From an uncultured Nitrospiraceae bacterium (GTDB lineage Bacteria > Nitrospirota > Thermodesulfovibrionia > Thermodesulfovibrionales > Dissulfurispiraceae), in contig CAVSHF010000005.1 of the NCBI GenBank assembly GCA_963727805.1, positions 864,001-928,000 on the forward strand: a stretch of DNA of 64,000 nucleotides. The letters run 5' to 3'. The notes beneath the pieces were generated by a model. The model searched no databases and was not told the DNA's origin. It was given only the letters and a program-made list of their open reading frames with translations. This document shows positions 60,618 through 64,000 of the stretch, piece after piece. The position numbers and the translations under genes were made by a program. Every line of letters starts with the position of its first letter. The stretch's first letter is position 1.

Positions 60618-60626
60618 CTGCTATGA
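59751..60626 (+). CDS. hdrB: Heterodisulfide reductase subunit B-like (copy 2)
   Basis: Identical protein to copy 1. Confidence 0.92.
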   Translation: MEMAYYPGCSLHASTALYDIQCKEVLGKLDVDLREIKDWNCCGATSAAKTNDFLAIALPARNLGIAESSGYAEMMIPCASCYSRTLIAQKTLESDKDLRDKINAELSEKIKGKIKLLSILDLLVKKSKSGEIAAKATKKLTGLKPACYYGCLQTRYPMDVEFSDSIENPQGMETVCKALGAEALDWGYKTDCCGASASVNDTDLSIKLMSNIMKDAVGRGANCFVTTCPMCQLNMDAYQEKAGEKYGISARLPVYFITELIGVSMGIGALELQLDRHFIEAIGLLKGLELL

Positions 60627-61501
60627 GCGACTCTACTGCTTCCACTAAAAAAGGATCGGTTCTTATCGTCGGCGGCGGAATTGGAGGCATGCAGGCATCG
60701 CTTGACCTTGCTGACAGTGGGTTCAAGGTGCACATGGTCCAGAAAGATTCTTCCATTGGCGGCGTCATGTCGATGCTTGACAAGACTTTCCCCACAGGTG
60801 ACTGTGCCATGTGCATGATATCTCCCAAGATGGTCGATGTAGGCCGTCACATGAATATAGATATCCACTCCTGTTCTGAGATTGTAGCATTGAAGGGCGA
60901 TGCCGGCGAATTTACCGCCACAATCAGGAAGAAGGCACGCTCAGTGGATAAGACAAAGTGTACGGGCTGCGGCGAGTGCACGCGGAACTGCCCTGTGAGA
61001 AACGTCATACAGATTCCGGATCACGTTCCCCCTCCTCCGCTCAAAGAGGAATGGCAGCAAGTACTCAACGAAACTGTTGCTGCTTATGAGGATGCCCCAA
61101 GAGCGCTTATCTCCATTCTTCAGGACATAAATCATAAGCTAAAGTACCTGCCGCTCCCCATGATCGGCAATCTCGCCCATCGGCTGGGGATCCCAGAGTC
61201 GCACATCCTTTCTGTCGCGACTTTCTACAATGCATTCAGCTTAGTTCCTGTCGGGCGACACATCATCGAGGTCTGTTCAGGAACGGCCTGCCACGTCAAA
61301 GGGTCGAAACGCCTTATTGATCGACTGAGTGAGTCACTGCAAGTTGCTCCCGGGCAGACCACCAAGGATGATCGTTTTACGCTGCGTACTGTCAACTGTA
61401 TCGGCTGCTGCGCCCTCGCACCCGCAATGCGCATGGACGGAGAGGTCTACGGATACGTGAAGATCTCGGAGCTGCCAAAGATACTGAAAGATCATGCATG
61501 A
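60623..61501 (+). CDS. HdrA N-terminal segment fused to NuoE/HydC-like [2Fe-2S] domain
   Basis: GGGIGGMQASLDLA..LDKTFPTGDCAMC (HdrA), CTGCGECTRNCP, then VATFY, CSGTACHVKG, CIGCCALAP (NuoE). Confidence 0.85.
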   Translation: MSDSTASTKKGSVLIVGGGIGGMQASLDLADSGFKVHMVQKDSSIGGVMSMLDKTFPTGDCAMCMISPKMVDVGRHMNIDIHSCSEIVALKGDAGEFTATIRKKARSVDKTKCTGCGECTRNCPVRNVIQIPDHVPPPPLKEEWQQVLNETVAAYEDAPRALISILQDINHKLKYLPLPMIGNLAHRLGIPESHILSVATFYNAFSLVPVGRHIIEVCSGTACHVKGSKRLIDRLSESLQVAPGQTTKDDRFTLRTVNCIGCCALAPAMRMDGEVYGYVKISELPKILKDHA

Positions 61502-61514
61502 GGGGAATCTATCC

Positions 61515-63413
61515 ATGGAAATATTGAAAAATGTTAATGAGCTTGAATCTCTTCGTACCCGACTCATTCAAGCGGAAAACAAGAAAAAAACGCTCGTTAC
61601 TGTCTGTTGCGGATCTGGGTGTCTCTCCAATGGGGCTCTGAAGGTAGCCGCAGCTTTGAAAAAGGGCTTAGCGCAGCCCGGGATGGAAGGATCTGTTGAG
61701 GTCAAGACCACTGGCTGTCATGGTTTTTGCGAGCGTGGCCCTATTACGGTGATTGAGCCCGAGGGCATCCTTTATCAGGGTGTAGGACGTAAACAGTTAG
61801 ATAAAGACGTTGATGAGATAGTGGAGACTCTACAAAAGGGGGGAGAGCCCGTTAAACGGCTGCTCTACAAAGATTTAGAAACTAAAGATGTTATTGCACA
61901 TTTTAAAGATATCCCCTTTTACGCCAAGCAACGCAGGGTGGCTTTACGCAACAACGGGATAATCGACCCTAAGAATATTGAAGACTACCTGGTTCACAAC
62001 GGTTATGCTTCTTTTGCCAAGGCTGTTTCCATGAAGCCTGAAGAAATCATTGCCTTGCTCAAAGACTCGCAACTGCGTGGCCGAGGCGGCGCTGGTTTTC
62101 TTACAGGTCAGAAGTGGGAACTATCACGAAGGTCCGAAGCGTTCCCTAAATACGTGATCTGTAATGGTGATGAGGGTGACCCCGGCGCCTTTATGGACCG
62201 GTCCATAATGGAAGGCGATCCCCATTCTGTGCTTGAGGGCATGCTCATCGCGGCATGGGCCATCGCTGGCGGCCAGGGACCGATCGCCGGATACCTTTAT
62301 GTGCGCGCTGAGTACCCACTAGCAGTTGAAAATTTGACACTTGCTGTGAAGCAGGCAAGGGCCTATGGACTTCTGGGGAAGAACATCTTAGGTTCTGGAT
62401 TCGACTTTGACATAACGATCAACCGCGGCGCTGGAGCATTTGTGTGCGGCGAAGAGACTGCACTTATAGCTTCTATTGAAGGAAAGCCAGGCCTACCACG
62501 ACCCAGGCCGCCTTTCCCCGCCCAGGAGGGGCTCTTTGGCAAGCCTACAAATATTAACAACGTCGAAACCCTTGCCAACGTGCCAATGATCATCGAAAAA
62601 GGCGCTGAATGGTTCAGAAGCATCGGCGTCGAAAAGAATGGCGGCACCAAAGTATTCAGCCTCGTGGGAAAGGTTAACTATACAGGCCTTGTGGAAGTGC
62701 CCATGGGAACAACCATCCGCGAAGTGGTCTTCGGCATAGGGGGCGGCATCCAAGGCGGCAAGAAGTTCAAAGCAGTGCAGACTGGCGGACCCTCTGGCGG
62801 CTGTATCCCAGAGTCGTTGCTGGACCTTCCCCTTACCTATGAAGGACTGATGCAGGCAGGGTCTATCATGGGGTCCGGTGGTATGATCGTGATGGACAAC
62901 GAGACTTGTATGGTTGACGTTGCCCGTTACTTCCTGAAGTTCGTCTGCGAAGAATCATGCGGAAAGTGTATCCCCTGTCGAGAGGGCACAAAACGCATGA
63001 GTGATATCCTGGAGCGCATTTGCGCAGGAGACGGGCAGGAGGGAGATATCGAAACCTTGGAACGCATGGGTAAAGCCATTGCCGCTTCCTCTCTTTGTGG
63101 CCTGGGCCAGACGGCACCTAATCCGACGCTCTCCACGATCCGCTATTTTCGCGATGAGTACGAGGCCCATATTCGGGACAAGAGATGCCCTGCCGGAGTT
63201 TGCAAAGCCTTAATAGATTACCGTATAGACGAAAAAGCCTGCACAGGGTGCGGGGCATGCGCCAGAAACTGCCCGGTCAATGCTATAACTGGTGAAAAGA
63301 AGAAGACGCATGTACTTGATCAGGATAAATGCGTGAAGTGCGGCGCTTGTCGCGAAAGCTGCAAGTTTAATGCAGTTGTCATTGAAAAAGCCCATGAGCA
63401 CGCAGCAGTTTAA
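61515..63413 (+). CDS. NuoF/HydB-like NADH-binding flavoprotein subunit
   Basis: LRGRGGAGF, NGDEGDPGAFMDR, CGEETAL, ESCGKCIPCREG, N-terminal 2Fe-2S and C-terminal 2x[4Fe-4S]. Confidence 0.93.
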   Translation: MEILKNVNELESLRTRLIQAENKKKTLVTVCCGSGCLSNGALKVAAALKKGLAQPGMEGSVEVKTTGCHGFCERGPITVIEPEGILYQGVGRKQLDKDVDEIVETLQKGGEPVKRLLYKDLETKDVIAHFKDIPFYAKQRRVALRNNGIIDPKNIEDYLVHNGYASFAKAVSMKPEEIIALLKDSQLRGRGGAGFLTGQKWELSRRSEAFPKYVICNGDEGDPGAFMDRSIMEGDPHSVLEGMLIAAWAIAGGQGPIAGYLYVRAEYPLAVENLTLAVKQARAYGLLGKNILGSGFDFDITINRGAGAFVCGEETALIASIEGKPGLPRPRPPFPAQEGLFGKPTNINNVETLANVPMIIEKGAEWFRSIGVEKNGGTKVFSLVGKVNYTGLVEVPMGTTIREVVFGIGGGIQGGKKFKAVQTGGPSGGCIPESLLDLPLTYEGLMQAGSIMGSGGMIVMDNETCMVDVARYFLKFVCEESCGKCIPCREGTKRMSDILERICAGDGQEGDIETLERMGKAIAASSLCGLGQTAPNPTLSTIRYFRDEYEAHIRDKRCPAGVCKALIDYRIDEKACTGCGACARNCPVNAITGEKKKTHVLDQDKCVKCGACRESCKFNAVVIEKAHEHAAV

Positions 63414-63422
63414 GGAGATATC

Positions 63423-64000
63423 ATGAACGAGGCATCTAACATTTATTTCATCAACGACCAAGAAGTCAACGTCGAGCCGGGACAAACCGTTTTAGAGGCC
63501 GCCCGAAAGCTGGGCATTTGGATCCCTACACTATGCCATCGCAACCCTCTTGAGCCCGAAGGCGCCTGTCGGCTTTGCATGGTCGAAGTGGAGGCCATGG
63601 GCCGGCGCAGGCTGGTTACCAGCTGCGGATATCCCGTATCACCTGGCATAAAAGTCTATACCGAAACCCCATTAGTCAAAGAGAGCCGTCAGGTTGTGGC
63701 TGAACTCCTATTGGCCCGCTGCAGCGAGAATAAGGAGATACGGGAACTTTGCGAAAAGCTGGGGGTAACTGATACTCCTTTCTCTAAAGAAAAACATGAT
63801 TGTATGCTATGTGGTCTCTGCGTTCAAATGTGCCATCAGCGTATGCAGGTTGGCGCAATAGGCTTCATCGGCCGAGGCTACGATCGTAAAGTGGGCACTC
63901 CTTACGACCGCAATTCTGACGTTTGTATCACCTGCGGGGCATGCGAGTTCATCTGTCCCACCGGGGCCATCACAGCCAAAATGAACAGCGGCCGCAACCC
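63423..64000 (+). CDS. NuoG/HydA N-terminal-like Fe-S protein (runs off window)
   Basis: Read manually: IPTLCH..EPEGACRLCMVEV..SC, CMLCGLCVQMC, CITCGACEFICP; RBS AAGGAG. Confidence 0.85.
   Translation, partial: MNEASNIYFINDQEVNVEPGQTVLEAARKLGIWIPTLCHRNPLEPEGACRLCMVEVEAMGRRRLVTSCGYPVSPGIKVYTETPLVKESRQVVAELLLARCSENKEIRELCEKLGVTDTPFSKEKHDCMLCGLCVQMCHQRMQVGAIGFIGRGYDRKVGTPYDRNSDVCITCGACEFICPTGAITAKMNSGRN

Overview
The window has two parts. (1) About 1-34,665 is an AT-richer Tn7-superfamily transposon. tnsA-tnsB-tnsC-tniQ lie on the minus strand at 29.7-34.4 kb. A terminal TGT plus four TnsB-type repeats sit at 34,470-34,665, and a tnsE-like gene lies in opposite orientation at the far left. The element interrupts a SAM-methyltransferase gene, and its other end appears to lie upstream of the window. 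Its cargo looks like a defence/conflict island with these parts: a metallophosphoesterase / papain-like / Zn-PLC-like / RecB-like cluster; an HTH-preceded, tightly coupled six-gene operon (NADAR, SIS-HAD, PRTase-like, ORC/CDC6-like ATPase, CARF-like, PfkB kinase); a Dcm-Vsr-EcoRII-C-type R-M system flanked by two mutually homologous PD-(D/E)xK proteins; and a LexA gene with its own SOS box followed by an ORF that appears to be stitched together from the toxin-binding segments of several unrelated antitoxin families. (2) About 34.7-64 kb is host chromosome of an anaerobic Gram-negative bacterium: polX, gap, pgk, speD, dsbC, pal-cpoB, moaA, mltD, glgX and mnmA, then a duplicated hdrCB pair, an HdrA(N)-NuoE fusion, a NuoF/HydB-like gene and a NuoG-like gene. 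The two best candidates for an undescribed system are the six-gene nucleotide/sugar-phosphate operon (7.7-16.0 kb) and the LexA-linked poly-antitoxin ORF (23.75-26.1 kb). All family assignments come from motif recognition by eye; no searches were run.
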